A stretch of 54,406 nt of DNA from a virus (IMGVR_UViG_3300010373_001372:1-54406), one strand, 5' to 3'. Shown: positions 36,787 to 47,311, numbered from the stretch's first letter. Notes: generated by a model not told the origin, from the letters alone. Program-made: numbers and translations.

Positions 36787-37179
36787 ATGGATTTTTCCGC
36801 CTTTGTTGGCCTGCCCTGGAAAGACCGGGGCCGGGGGCCGGACGGCTATGATTGCTGGGGCTTGTTCATCGCGGCGTTTCGCGCCGGCACGTGCATCAGC
36901 CTGTCGAGTTATGCCGACGACTACACCACAGCGATCGACAAGGCTGAAGTCGCACGTATCTTCGCTGGTGAGCTGGGCGACTGGGCCGAGATCGAGCGTG
37001 GCCGCGAGCGCCCGTTCGACGGCGTCACCATGCGTATTGCGGGCCAACTGCATATCGGCCTCATCGTCGCACGCGGGGCGATGCTGCACATGCCGTTCGG
37101 CAAGTCTTCCGTCATCGAGCGCCTCGACCGCTACACGCCCGTTCTGACGGGCCTCTACCGTCACCGGGAATTTGCATGA
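36787..37179 (+). CDS. NlpC/P60 tail-tip assembly protein
   Basis: GLPW..GR..DCWGL, HIG, MLH. Confidence 0.88.
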   Translation: MDFSAFVGLPWKDRGRGPDGYDCWGLFIAAFRAGTCISLSSYADDYTTAIDKAEVARIFAGELGDWAEIERGRERPFDGVTMRIAGQLHIGLIVARGAMLHMPFGKSSVIERLDRYTPVLTGLYRHREFA

Positions 37180-40100
37180 CTTTGCCGATCCAAGGCCCGC
37201 TGCATGGCGAGATCATCCTGCCGGGCGAGGGCATTACGCTCGTGCTGGCGATGCACCCGCTTAAGCTCGACCGGCAGGTTGAAACCCTGCCTGCCGGCCT
37301 GACCGTCGCCGAGCTGGTCGATCTCGGCCGCGCGATCGCGACGACGCGTATTCGCAGCCGCGTTGCCGTCTACCTCGATGGTCAGATCGTGCCCGAAGCC
37401 TGGTGGGCATGCGTCCGGCCCAAGCCGGGCACATCCATGCTGGTGCGCGCCGTGGCAGGGCAGGGAGCCGGCGACCTGCTGCGCAGTGTGCTGGGGCTTG
37501 CCGTCGTTGCAGCTGGCATCTTCCTCGCCCCAGTCATCGCGCCGATCCTAGGCCTTTCTGCCGGTCTTGTCGGCGCTGCCATTACGGTCGGTGGGCAACT
37601 GCTGATCAATGCGCTGTTTCCGATCGCCGCGCCGCAGCTCGCCAGCAGTTCGGGCACCACCTCGCAGACCTATTCGATCTCGGGGGGACAAAATGCCGCC
37701 GACCCGTTCGGCGTCATTCCCGTCATCCTCGGCAAGAACCGTTATTATCCGAAGCTCGGCGCGCGCTCCTATACCGAGTTCATCGGCGCCGATCAGTATC
37801 TCCGCATGCTGTTCGTCTGGGGGTATGGGCCGCTCGATATTTCCGAGATCAAGATCGGCGAAACGCTGCTCAGCGATTTCGAGGACGTCGAGGTAGAAAC
37901 GCGCTTCGGCTATCCCGACGATGAGCCGGTGACGCTCTATCCCAATGAGGTCATCCAGGATGACCTGACGATCGACCTGACCTTCGCGGCCGGCTGGCAG
38001 CAGCGCACATCCGCCACGGCGGTCGACGAAATCTCGCTCGATATCGTCGCGCCGGGTGGCATTGTCCGCATCGACAGCTCCGGCAATTCGAACAACTACA
38101 CCGTGTCGATCCGGGCAGAATACAGCCCAGCCGGCATGAACACGTGGACGTTGCTCGATACCCTCGACATTACGTCGCAGTCGACCGACGCGATCCGCAC
38201 GTCCATGCGCCTCGTGATGCCGTCGCACGGCCAGTACGACGTGCAGGTCAAGAAGACCTCGACCGACTATTCGGGCGGCGACCATGTGCAGGAAGACGTG
38301 GTGTGGACGGCGCTTCGCGGCTTCCGCAATTCGCCACCGATTTCGTTCTCAAAGCCGCTTGCGGTGACGGCGCTGAGGATCCGTGCCTCCTCGCAGCTCA
38401 ACGGCGTCATCGACGATCTCAACGGCATCTGCCAGTCGAAGGGCAAGTCGTGGAACGGCGCGACCTGGCTCGATGATACGATCACCCGTAACCCCGGCGA
38501 TCTCTTCCGCCTGGTGCTGCAAAGCCCGGCAAACGCCAAGCCGGTCGACGACGATCATATCGACCTCTCGATGATCGAGGCTTACGCCGAACGCTGCACC
38601 TCCGAGGGCTTTACCTTCGATATGGTGCGCGACTTCAGCGCTTCGGTCTATGACACGCTGACCGATGTCGGGACCGGCGGCCGCGGCGCCGTGCTGTTCC
38701 GCGACGGCAAATGGTCACTTGCCTGGGAAGAGGCATCGGACCCGATCATCCAGCACTTCACCCCGCGCAACTCGTGGGGCTTCACCGGCTCGCGCACCTA
38801 TACGCAGATGCCGCACGCCTTCCGCATCAGCTTCGTCAATGAAGACAACGGCTATCAGCAGGATGAGCGCATTGTTTACGACGATGGTTACAATACCGAT
38901 GGCAGCAGCGGACTGACCGCCGCGACGCTGTTCGAGCAGATCGAGTTTCCGGGGCAGACCAACCCCGACAACATCTACCGCTTCGGCCGCTACTACATCG
39001 CCCAGGCGCGGCTGAGGCCTGAGGTCTACACCCTCAATGCCGATGTCGAACACATCGTCTGCACGCGTGGCGATCGCGTCCGCGTTGCCCATGACGTGCC
39101 CCTCTGGGGCATCACCAGCGGGCGCGTGAAGGCCGTTGCCGGGCAGGCGGTGACGCTCGACGAGCCGGTAGTGATGGTCGACGGCAAGAATTACACGCTG
39201 CGCTTCCGTCTCTCCGACGGCAGCTCGCTGCTGAAGACCGCGGTGACCGTCGCCGGTTCACAGACCGTCATCACGCTGGTCGATCTCGACATGCCCGCCG
39301 CAGGCGATCTCTTCATGGCCGGCGAGAGCAATGAGGAGAGCGTCGTGCTCCGCGTCCGCTCGATCACGCCCGACAAGGACCTGTCGGCCAAAATCACCTT
39401 CGTCGATGATGCGCCCGAAATCCTCGATGCCGACAGCGGCACGATCCCTGATTTCAACAGTCATGTGACGGCGCCGCCGGCGCTGTTTGCGGCCAAGCCG
39501 AGCAACCTGAAGGTCCGTGAGAACTTCTCCGGCACCGGCGAAAACGTCATCACCGGCGCCTTCTTCAGCTGGGAAACCACGGCCGGGCAGGACCCACAGA
39601 GTTTCGAGACGCAGTTCAACGATGAGGATGGCGACGGTATCTGGAAGCCCACCGGCAGCGTCGCCATGCCGACCAAGGAAATCTTCGTCACCGACTATCG
39701 CGGCGGCAGCTGGGGATTTCGCGTGCGCGCCATCTACCCAAACGGCATCGCCTCGGACTGGGCAACGCTGGCGAGCCAGCCGCTGACCGGCGGCACCGTG
39801 GTCGCCACGGTGCCCGATGGGTCGCTGGGCCGCGACAAGTTCGCCGCCGACGTCAGAAGTGCGCTCAATTATTTCGGCCAGGCGCTGCTCGATCTGCTCG
39901 AAAACATGGACGCTATCTCGGCTGCCCAGCAGGATCAGGACCTCGCCAACTCTGACGATAAAAAGCAGGTTCTTGCAGCGCTGTCGTCGCAGATCGGCAG
40001 CACGCTTGCCACGGTCCAGTCCGTAGCCGCGACGCTGGCGACGCAGAATAGTGCAACGGCTGCTATCGCCACTGGCGCCCAGGCGACGGCGAACAACGCA

Positions 40101-40355
40101 ACCGCCTCTGCACTCTGGAAGATGGAGGCGACGTCTACCCCCGCGGGCACCGACACCCGCGTCGGCACGTATCTTCGCACCGATACGGGCAGCGGTTACG
40201 TCGCCGAGGCATTTGAGTATCTCGATATTCAAGCGGACGGGTCGACCCGAAAAGTCGTCAACGTCGACCTGCACGAAATCCTCGCGCGTGACGGCAGCGC
40301 TGCCGAAATCTTCGATACGCGCACCGGCAACTGGTCGGTTGGATCGACATCGTGA
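37176..40355 (+). CDS. Tail tip/host-specificity protein (gpI+gpJ-like)
   Basis: 1059 aa; FGVIPVILG, QYLRMLF.WGYGPL, QHFTPRNSWGF, RGDRV. Confidence 0.9.
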   Translation: MTLPIQGPLHGEIILPGEGITLVLAMHPLKLDRQVETLPAGLTVAELVDLGRAIATTRIRSRVAVYLDGQIVPEAWWACVRPKPGTSMLVRAVAGQGAGDLLRSVLGLAVVAAGIFLAPVIAPILGLSAGLVGAAITVGGQLLINALFPIAAPQLASSSGTTSQTYSISGGQNAADPFGVIPVILGKNRYYPKLGARSYTEFIGADQYLRMLFVWGYGPLDISEIKIGETLLSDFEDVEVETRFGYPDDEPVTLYPNEVIQDDLTIDLTFAAGWQQRTSATAVDEISLDIVAPGGIVRIDSSGNSNNYTVSIRAEYSPAGMNTWTLLDTLDITSQSTDAIRTSMRLVMPSHGQYDVQVKKTSTDYSGGDHVQEDVVWTALRGFRNSPPISFSKPLAVTALRIRASSQLNGVIDDLNGICQSKGKSWNGATWLDDTITRNPGDLFRLVLQSPANAKPVDDDHIDLSMIEAYAERCTSEGFTFDMVRDFSASVYDTLTDVGTGGRGAVLFRDGKWSLAWEEASDPIIQHFTPRNSWGFTGSRTYTQMPHAFRISFVNEDNGYQQDERIVYDDGYNTDGSSGLTAATLFEQIEFPGQTNPDNIYRFGRYYIAQARLRPEVYTLNADVEHIVCTRGDRVRVAHDVPLWGITSGRVKAVAGQAVTLDEPVVMVDGKNYTLRFRLSDGSSLLKTAVTVAGSQTVITLVDLDMPAAGDLFMAGESNEESVVLRVRSITPDKDLSAKITFVDDAPEILDADSGTIPDFNSHVTAPPALFAAKPSNLKVRENFSGTGENVITGAFFSWETTAGQDPQSFETQFNDEDGDGIWKPTGSVAMPTKEIFVTDYRGGSWGFRVRAIYPNGIASDWATLASQPLTGGTVVATVPDGSLGRDKFAADVRSALNYFGQALLDLLENMDAISAAQQDQDLANSDDKKQVLAALSSQIGSTLATVQSVAATLATQNSATAAIATGAQATANNATASALWKMEATSTPAGTDTRVGTYLRTDTGSGYVAEAFEYLDIQADGSTRKVVNVDLHEILARDGSAAEIFDTRTGNWSVGSTS

Positions 40356-41149
40356 CGCGTGCGGTAGCTCTCAACGATGTCGACGTCGTTGCCATCATCG
40401 ACAGCGCGCCGGGCGGCGGCGACCTGACGGATTCCACGGCGCTTTGCAACCGCCCGGCCATCGATCCGGCGAACTGGCTGGCCAACAATTATTTCAACAG
40501 CGCCTTCGATTATTACGAGCTGCTCGTCCCGGTGCAGACCGTCTCGATTACCCACACGGTGCTTGCCACGGCGTCGACCCTGGTCCTTTCGATCGTCGGC
40601 CTGTCGATCACGATCAAGGGGCAGCAGGACGATCGCGATATCGTCCTCTATGCCCACAACCTCGGCTACGTGCCCACCTACATGATCGCCTACAATGGCG
40701 GCCGCCTTTCAGCGGGGCAGCACGTCGTCATTAGGGGCGCCGGAACCACCTCGCAGCGCAGCCGCTGCGTCTCGCATGATGCCGATGCGACCAACATCTA
40801 CCTGCACGAGCATTGCACTTCGGGCGACGTCGATCTCGAGGCTGACACTCTGTCCTACGAGGTGATGATCTTCAACCGGCCGGTCCGCGACCCGGACCTG
40901 CCGCTGCTTTCCTACGACAACTCCGGCACTGGCGTGGCCCTGATCGATCACGGTCGTATCCGCAGCGACCGGCACTATCTGCGCAAGGCGCTCGCCGCCG
41001 AAACAAGCTTCGATATCAATCTCGGCCCGACCATGGATATCAACGACGGCTTCGTCCGCGTCGTCACCGGCGGTGTGGTCTTCGATGAGCCCGGTTACGG
41101 CGGCTCGTGGGCCGGGCCCGCCTACGTGCCCGTCAGCGGCATCTTCTGA
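40352..41149 (+). CDS. Tail-tip-associated protein
   Basis: 265 aa beta-rich, coupled to J. Confidence 0.65.
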   Translation: MTRAVALNDVDVVAIIDSAPGGGDLTDSTALCNRPAIDPANWLANNYFNSAFDYYELLVPVQTVSITHTVLATASTLVLSIVGLSITIKGQQDDRDIVLYAHNLGYVPTYMIAYNGGRLSAGQHVVIRGAGTTSQRSRCVSHDADATNIYLHEHCTSGDVDLEADTLSYEVMIFNRPVRDPDLPLLSYDNSGTGVALIDHGRIRSDRHYLRKALAAETSFDINLGPTMDINDGFVRVVTGGVVFDEPGYGGSWAGPAYVPVSGIF

Positions 41150-41970
41150 TGGGCGGCAGTTTCGGCTACCGCAACGACACGACGCCGCCGCGGTTCGAGC
41201 ACCTTGATGGCGGGCGTGTCGTCTGGCGAAGCGATGCCGCGCCCGCCCTGCTGTTGCCGGATACCGCGTGGCTCAACTGGTCAGGAACCATCACCTGCCC
41301 TGATTTCATCAAGGGCAACGCCATGTATCAGGGTTGGAACGGTGTCACTGGCGGGTCCGCGCTATATCAGGGGTCGATCTGGTCGGTTATGCGTCCGGGC
41401 ACGTGGGGACCCGACGAGCCAAGTCCCTATAACATTCCGCGGATTCTGCTCGGCACCATCCCGGCTGCCTGCAACTTTATCGAGGTCGTGGCCAATCTCA
41501 CGCGCGTCCAGTCGATCTTCGTTTTCTTCTTCGTCGCCGCGTCGCAATACCAGAAGTACGGCGCTTACATCGATCCGGATGGTGGGTGCATCGAACTGGA
41601 AGGTACCCACGCCTGGCGCCGCATCTTCAAGGTGGTAATGGCGCCGACCGATAACGGCGACGGCACCCGCAACGTCTACCTCGAAACCTATCAGTCGGTG
41701 AAATACCAGGCGAAGTTCACGACCGATATCGGCGGCAACATGAAAACCGATCCGCAGAGCTACGACGGCAGCGCGACCTCGGCCTGGTACAACAAGTGGA
41801 CGCATGACGGCGATCCGAGCGGTTGGCTTTGGTGGCTGATGGCCACCACCGGCAACGACATTAACTCGATGCGCGGCGGCTCCGGCCAGCCCTCGGCCGC
41901 TGATACTTCCGACTGGACGACGCAGTGGACGACGACCCTGAGCGTCCGCCCCGGTTACGCGCAAACCTAA
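41149..41970 (+). CDS. Tail-tip-associated protein (possible receptor binding)
   Basis: TGATG coupling; Trp/Gly/Thr-rich. Confidence 0.65.
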   Translation: MGGSFGYRNDTTPPRFEHLDGGRVVWRSDAAPALLLPDTAWLNWSGTITCPDFIKGNAMYQGWNGVTGGSALYQGSIWSVMRPGTWGPDEPSPYNIPRILLGTIPAACNFIEVVANLTRVQSIFVFFFVAASQYQKYGAYIDPDGGCIELEGTHAWRRIFKVVMAPTDNGDGTRNVYLETYQSVKYQAKFTTDIGGNMKTDPQSYDGSATSAWYNKWTHDGDPSGWLWWLMATTGNDINSMRGGSGQPSAADTSDWTTQWTTTLSVRPGYAQT

Positions 41971-41988
41971 CCCTCAAGAGGTAATCCA

Positions 41989-43806
41989 TTGGCTTACACG
42001 ATTGCCCCAAATCCGGGGACGATTTCGATCGCCCATGGCTCGGCCGACCTCATCGGCGTCGCAACCAACTTCACTGCTTTCAACAAGGGGGCTTTGGTTC
42101 TCGCCGAAGGTTTCGGCATTGTCGGACAGCTCGCGGCTGACCCGACCGACGACGAAGCCGCAACCCTGGCGCTCGCCCTCGGCGGCATCACTGACATCGC
42201 CGGGGTTGCCTACCAGATCATCCCGCAGTCCGAGCCCGCAGTCTATTCGCAGCGCGTCCGGCAGATGATCGAGACGATGCAAACGGTACGGCTTGGTATG
42301 CCGATGGTGATGGACGCTGGCAGCACTGCCGATAGTGATCCGGGGGCCGGCAAGGTTCGGTTCAACAACGACACGACACCGACGATTGCCTACCTCAGCA
42401 AGACTGACGCATTAGGAAACGACATATCCGGTCGGCTGGCCATCCTCGATGACAGCCTCAATGCGGCCTCCCGCGCAGTGCTCATGCTGACGCCGACTGA
42501 CACGGCAAACGCCTATCTCGATTTCGATGTGACTGCCGCGCTCACCGACGCGGGGGGTTATGTCAAAGTGCCCGTTGCCCTGCGCGCCGGTGCCGTCCCT
42601 GCCGACAAAGCGCAGCTCGCCATGACCGGCATCCCGAGCGGCAAGGATGGGGCGCCGGGCGTCATCACGGCTGGGTCAACGGGCGCAACCGACAACGCGT
42701 TACTTCGCGCGGATGGGACCGGCGGCCACACGGCACAGACGTCGTCGGTCATCGTGGACGACAGTGGCAATTTGACCACGCCTGGCAGTCTTGGCGGCTC
42801 TAAAGTTTCAGCGAACGCGAATGCTGTCGCTCTACCTGCCGGGCTCACCGGGACGCTGTTTCAAATTGCGGGTGCCGATGGCGTTGTCGCGCGCCTGCAG
42901 ATTAATGCCTTCGCGCAGCAACCCTTTGTGACCTTTGCGAGAGCCGATGGAACAGGAGCTGCGCCGTCGCCAGTGCAATCTGCCGAGCCGCTCGGCGGAT
43001 TTGGGTGGACGGGATATGGAACGACGGCCTACGCGCCGAGCAGCCGAGCATCGATTGCCGCCTACGCTGCTGAGAACTGGTCGGATACCGCGCAGGGCAC
43101 CTATTTTGTCTTCAGCAATAATCCTATCGGCAGCGCGGGGGTGGCTACCGAGCGCTTGCGCATCGCGCCTGACGGCTCGATCACACTGCTTGCCAATTCT
43201 CTCACCGTGTTCGACGCGAACGGCATCGCGGGCCTCCGCAGCTACACGATGGCAACAATGCCGGCCGCGGGCGCCGGTAGCGGCGCTGCAAGGCTCATTT
43301 ATGTCACGGACTCGCCGGGCGGGGGCTGCATCTACATCTCCAACGGATCGGTCTGGGCACCGGTCAAGACCCGTGAAATCTGCATCGTCAAGCCGACCGA
43401 TCAGACAGTGGCCAGCAACACGACGCCGGCCAATGATAGCGCCCTTCAGTTCCCGATGGCGCCGAACACCGTTTATAACATTGATCTCGACATCTACTTC
43501 GAAGGCCCGGCGACGCCTGGGTTTAAATGGAACCTCACTGGGCCGGCCGGAGCGACGCTGGTCCGCGTCGAACGCGAAACTCGCGCCCCTGCAGCGACCA
43601 CTTATACGGTCGCAACTGACGCTGCTTACACCACGGCGCAAGGCATCGGCGGTAACGCCACGACGAGCGGGCGCCTGAGGATCAAGTGCCTGGTGCAAAA
43701 CGGCGCTACGGCCGGCACCTTTGCCTTCCAATGGGCCCAGAACACGAGCAATGCGACGGCATCGACGGTTCGGGCAGGTAGCAAGCTGGAATACTCAACC
43801 CCCTGA
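41989..43806 (+). CDS. Tail fibre protein
   Basis: 605 aa; DPGAGKVRFNN, TDNALLRADGTGG, ERLRI..DG, FQWAQNTS. Confidence 0.8.
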   Translation: MAYTIAPNPGTISIAHGSADLIGVATNFTAFNKGALVLAEGFGIVGQLAADPTDDEAATLALALGGITDIAGVAYQIIPQSEPAVYSQRVRQMIETMQTVRLGMPMVMDAGSTADSDPGAGKVRFNNDTTPTIAYLSKTDALGNDISGRLAILDDSLNAASRAVLMLTPTDTANAYLDFDVTAALTDAGGYVKVPVALRAGAVPADKAQLAMTGIPSGKDGAPGVITAGSTGATDNALLRADGTGGHTAQTSSVIVDDSGNLTTPGSLGGSKVSANANAVALPAGLTGTLFQIAGADGVVARLQINAFAQQPFVTFARADGTGAAPSPVQSAEPLGGFGWTGYGTTAYAPSSRASIAAYAAENWSDTAQGTYFVFSNNPIGSAGVATERLRIAPDGSITLLANSLTVFDANGIAGLRSYTMATMPAAGAGSGAARLIYVTDSPGGGCIYISNGSVWAPVKTREICIVKPTDQTVASNTTPANDSALQFPMAPNTVYNIDLDIYFEGPATPGFKWNLTGPAGATLVRVERETRAPAATTYTVATDAAYTTAQGIGGNATTSGRLRIKCLVQNGATAGTFAFQWAQNTSNATASTVRAGSKLEYSTP

Positions 43807-43821
43807 AAATTGGAGTGACCG

Positions 43822-44178
43822 ATGGCCGATACCCCGCAGCCCTATCTCTACGAGTTCCTCTGGCGCGGCCGTGCGCTTGGCGACAACACGCCTCCGGCAT
43901 TTCACGTCATCATGGCTGTCGATGGTCAGGACGAATTCGGCAAGCCTACCCACGCCGAGCAGATCATGAACGTGGAACAGGCGGCCGATGCTGGAATTGA
44001 CCTTTCGACCATTTTAACGGGGCTGAACGCGTCTGCACTGGCGACGGTCAACTCGCTGACGGCCAGCCTGGCGAGCGCGACGGCCGATCGTGATAGTGCC
44101 CGGCAGGAACGGGACGATCTGGCCGCCCAGGTATCTGCGCTCGAGGCCCAGCTCAACGCGGTTCAGCCCGAAAGCTAG
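43822..44178 (+). CDS. Fibre-associated coiled-coil protein
   Basis: PYLYEFLWRG start, C-terminal heptads; GGAG RBS. Confidence 0.7.
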   Translation: MADTPQPYLYEFLWRGRALGDNTPPAFHVIMAVDGQDEFGKPTHAEQIMNVEQAADAGIDLSTILTGLNASALATVNSLTASLASATADRDSARQERDDLAAQVSALEAQLNAVQPES

Positions 44179-44957
44179 GCCAGGCGCAGCCGGCGCATCA
44201 TCCCGCCAAACAGTGGCTGCCGATCGGAGGCGACCTCGTCCGGGACGCGTATGCCGGTTAACGCGGCGGTGAGGCGAGCATCCTGGGCAAACTCTCGGCG
44301 CAAGTATCGAAGGTCATTGCCGTCGATAGGAGCGCCGTCCTCGTGGGAGAAGATGGTCTCCGGGGTGATCTTGGCGCCGAATGGCGCGACGCCGAGAAAG
44401 GTCGCGATCCTATCCAGCGTCGGAGCGATGTCAGTCTTGAGATCAGCCTGACTGACGAACAGGATTTGCCGACTTGGGAAGTGACGAAACAGCCGCTCGA
44501 TCTGCGGCGCATAGAAGCCCCGTTCTACATAGCTGAAAACGCGGTGTGGTTGGCCGCCCATTCTGGCACGGCCCCCTCGAATGGCGTCGCCAAAGGACAG
44601 TTTTTCGGCGTAGCGTGCGGTTTCCATCCGCCAATGGGAAAATGCCCGAAGAGCCGGGTCGCGCAGCGAGACCACAAGTTTGATCTCTGGGTTATAGGCG
44701 GCGATACGCTCGATGCAATTCGGCCAGAAGGTATAGATCGGCGTCGCCTCGCCGAGGGCCGTCTTATTCTGCAGATCGGTGAAATGAGCGTGCAGCGCGC
44801 CATAGTCAGGTTTGGCCCAATCCAGTTCGTCGCTGTCGAAGAAGTGTAACTCCTTCGATGCCGACAGCCCCACATCCGGGTGCTGGCGCAGGAAGTGCCA
44901 AAGCGCGGTGGTGCCGCCCTTTTGAACGCCGGCGACGAGGAAATCGAGCTTGCGCAC
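44175..44957 (-). CDS. PAPS-dependent sulfotransferase
   Basis: GVQKGGTT (5'-PSB loop), KELHFFD, GEATPIY, LRDPALRAFS (3'-PB); GTG start 4 nt after upstream stop. Confidence 0.9.
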   Translation of the reverse strand: MRKLDFLVAGVQKGGTTALWHFLRQHPDVGLSASKELHFFDSDELDWAKPDYGALHAHFTDLQNKTALGEATPIYTFWPNCIERIAAYNPEIKLVVSLRDPALRAFSHWRMETARYAEKLSFGDAIRGGRARMGGQPHRVFSYVERGFYAPQIERLFRHFPSRQILFVSQADLKTDIAPTLDRIATFLGVAPFGAKITPETIFSHEDGAPIDGNDLRYLRREFAQDARLTAALTGIRVPDEVASDRQPLFGGMMRRLRLA

Positions 44958-44961
44958 TTTC

Positions 44962-45513
44962 TCAGCGTCCGATCGGCCTGGACAGCGGGATAAACTCGCC
45001 ATCGATCCAGACAATGCCCGCAGTTGCCTCGCGCTCTTCGAGAGGGTCAATGCGAAAGGCAATCGCGTCGAGGATTCGGTGTAGATGAGTTCGCTCAAAA
45101 TTGCCGATGCGCGCGGAAACTCCAGCGTTCGTGAAATAGGTGCCAGGTCCGAAGTTGCAGGTAAAGGCGTATGCCACGTGCCTCGTGGTTCCGGCCGCTA
45201 TCGAAGGGATCTGCGCGACGCCATAGGTAGAACCGCCCACGATCTCGAGGCCGGTCAGCGTCTTCACTGCCATCCCGAAGGCGACGTCCTCGACGTCTTC
45301 TGTAAAATCGACAGTATAGCTGTAGAAGTAGCGAAACCCGGGGCGCAGGACGTTGACGCGACCGACGCCAGAGGCGAACACGCCGACGTCCCGGATTCGT
45401 GCGCCGCCTTGGCCATACTCATCTTTGGACTTCGAGACTAGTCCGGGGTCGAAGCTGCCGGGTGGTTCGATCCCGGCGAAAAGCTGGTCGTTCTCGACGT
45501 AACCTTCGCTCAT
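44962..45513 (-). CDS. Stand-alone Wzt C-terminal carbohydrate-binding domain
   Basis: YGQGGARIRDV, VAFGMAVKT.TG, F.C...PGTYFTNAGV, HRILDA; no ABC ATPase domain. Confidence 0.8.
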   Translation of the reverse strand: MSEGYVENDQLFAGIEPPGSFDPGLVSKSKDEYGQGGARIRDVGVFASGVGRVNVLRPGFRYFYSYTVDFTEDVEDVAFGMAVKTLTGLEIVGGSTYGVAQIPSIAAGTTRHVAYAFTCNFGPGTYFTNAGVSARIGNFERTHLHRILDAIAFRIDPLEEREATAGIVWIDGEFIPLSRPIGR

Positions 45514-45551
45514 CGCTCGGTCTCCGTTTCAGTTTGAGATCAATCTATCTC

Positions 45552-45578
45552 AAGGCCCGCAATTCTGCGGGCCTTTTT
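45552..45578 (+). terminator. Intrinsic terminator-like hairpin
   Basis: AAGGCCCGCA-ATTC-TGCGGGCCTT plus TTT. Confidence 0.7.
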
Positions 45579-45607
45579 CGCATCCCCTTACCTCATCGGA
45601 GCTTTCC

Positions 45608-46633
45608 ATGCAGTTGAACTTTGCTGCCGCGGTTGCGCTCGTCCTCAAATCCGAGGGCGGCTATGTCGATAATCCGGCTGATCCGGGCGGCGCCACGAAT
45701 ATGGGCATCACCCGGAAGACACTAGCAGCCTGGCGCGGCGTCTCGCCATGGTGGGGCCTGCCGAAGTCGGCCGTGAAGGCGCTCACGGCGGCTGAGGCTG
45801 CCACCATCTACAAGGCGAACTACTGGCAGTCGGTCGCCGGCGATGATCTGCCGGCCGGGCTCGATTACGCCGTCTTCGACTATGGCGTGAACAGCGGCCC
45901 TGGCAAGGCCGCGCGCGACCTGCAGGAGGTGCTTGGCGTCACGGTCGATGGTCGTATCGGCCCGGAGACGGTCGCGGCGGCGAACGCCGCAGGCGCGCAA
46001 GCCACCATCATCAAACTCTGCGATGCGCGGCTCGCCTATGTGCGCAGCCTGCCGCAGGCAGCGACGTTCGGCGCAGGCTGGGCCAAGCGCATCGCCAGCG
46101 TGCGTTCGGGAGCGATGGCCATGGCGATTGGCGCTGTGGTGCCCGCGCCGGTCGCACCGCCTCCTGCGGCATATATCCAGCCTGCACCCGTCGCCGCTAC
46201 GCACGCGATCGTCAAGCAAGGCCTGAAGGCCGCCGGATCAGTGACGATCAACGCCGCCGACATGCAGACCAAGATCGTCGGCACTGCCACGGCCGGGACC
46301 GTGCTGATTGGCGCGGTGAACACCTTCACGGCCGCGCTCGCCAGTGTGCCGCCCTGGGTGTGGATGGTAGCGGCGATCGTCGTGCTGGGCGCCGTACTCT
46401 ACTTCACCAACCGGATCGTTCGCGCCCGCGTCGACGCGGCGATCACCGGCGTCAACACCGAACTGCCGCTGGTGCGTCCCCAAATCGACGCAGCGCCTCC
46501 GCCGCAGGCGATCGTGGTTGCCGATGATCCGCCACAGCCCGAGGGCGACGATGCCGCGGCCCAGCCCGCCGCTCCGTCGGTCGTCGCGCAAGTCTTCAAC
46601 AGCCCCACGCCGGCAGCGGGAGCTGCGCCGTGA
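45608..46633 (+). CDS. Endolysin, GH108 with PG-binding domain and C-terminal TM segments
   Basis: SEGGYVDNPADPGGATNMGIT, FDYGVNSG, DGRIGPET, FGAGW..R. Confidence 0.92.
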   Translation: MQLNFAAAVALVLKSEGGYVDNPADPGGATNMGITRKTLAAWRGVSPWWGLPKSAVKALTAAEAATIYKANYWQSVAGDDLPAGLDYAVFDYGVNSGPGKAARDLQEVLGVTVDGRIGPETVAAANAAGAQATIIKLCDARLAYVRSLPQAATFGAGWAKRIASVRSGAMAMAIGAVVPAPVAPPPAAYIQPAPVAATHAIVKQGLKAAGSVTINAADMQTKIVGTATAGTVLIGAVNTFTAALASVPPWVWMVAAIVVLGAVLYFTNRIVRARVDAAITGVNTELPLVRPQIDAAPPPQAIVVADDPPQPEGDDAAAQPAAPSVVAQVFNSPTPAAGAAP

Positions 46634-47109
46634 TCGCCGCCCTGTTGGCACGCGTCGCTGCCGCGCCGGCACTGGCAGCGATCGGCGGCGTATTCGCTTG
46701 GCTATTCGGCGATTGGCGCAGGATCCTCGCGCTCGTCATCGTTGGCGCCCTGATCGCCACCTATGCGATCGCCGATGATCGCCGCGCCAAGGCCGATGCG
46801 ATCGTGCTGCAGCAGCGGCTCGATGTGCAGTCGAAAGCCTTCATCACCGCCGCCGATGCCGCGATGCGCAAGGAAGATGATCGCCAGGTGGCCGCCGGCG
46901 ATGCCGCAACCACCGAGTTCAACCGGCAGATGGCCATCCGCGATGCGGCTGACGCCAAGGTCGATGCCGCCCTCAAAAAGGAGATTGCCGATGAGGCTCA
47001 AACTCGAGCTGCTCAAGGCAGCATTTGTGCTCTCACTGATGCCGATCGTAGCGTGTTGCGGCCTCCGGCCGGAGCACCTCAGCCCGCAGCTCCAAAAGGC
47101 CGCCGTTGA
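46630..47109 (+). CDS. Rz-like inner spanin
   Basis: N-terminal TM, coiled coil, late Cys. Confidence 0.7.
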   Translation: MIAALLARVAAAPALAAIGGVFAWLFGDWRRILALVIVGALIATYAIADDRRAKADAIVLQQRLDVQSKAFITAADAAMRKEDDRQVAAGDAATTEFNRQMAIRDAADAKVDAALKKEIADEAQTRAAQGSICALTDADRSVLRPPAGAPQPAAPKGRR

Positions 47110-47311
47110 ACAGGGAACGGCCGCGGCCGGTAAGACGCTGCCCAAGTGGCCGGATCGCTGTAAGCAGGCGACGCCTCACGCCGATGCCGACGCCGCGCCT
47201 GATCTGCACGCCGCGCTGAAGCTCGAGGCCCGCCAGCTCGACAAGGCCAACGGCGACAAGGGCTGGTGCGCACTGTTCTACGGCAACCTTCAGAAGGGCC
47301 TCGCTAAGTGA
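46991..47311 (+). CDS. Rz1-like outer spanin lipoprotein (overlapping)
   Basis: AAGGAG RBS; lipobox-like IVAC; LP.WP..C...WC..FY. Confidence 0.7.
   Translation: MRLKLELLKAAFVLSLMPIVACCGLRPEHLSPQLQKAAVEQGTAAAGKTLPKWPDRCKQATPHADADAAPDLHAALKLEARQLDKANGDKGWCALFYGNLQKGLAK

Noticed and set aside
44958-45098. Extended N-terminus of the sulfotransferase in the ORF track
   Set aside because: Overlaps the Wzt_C gene; the GTG at 44957 just before the PAPS loop is more plausible
40352-45513. Diversity-generating retroelement or invertible tail-fibre cassette
   Set aside because: No reverse transcriptase, invertase, template/variable repeat pair or flanking inverted repeats seen
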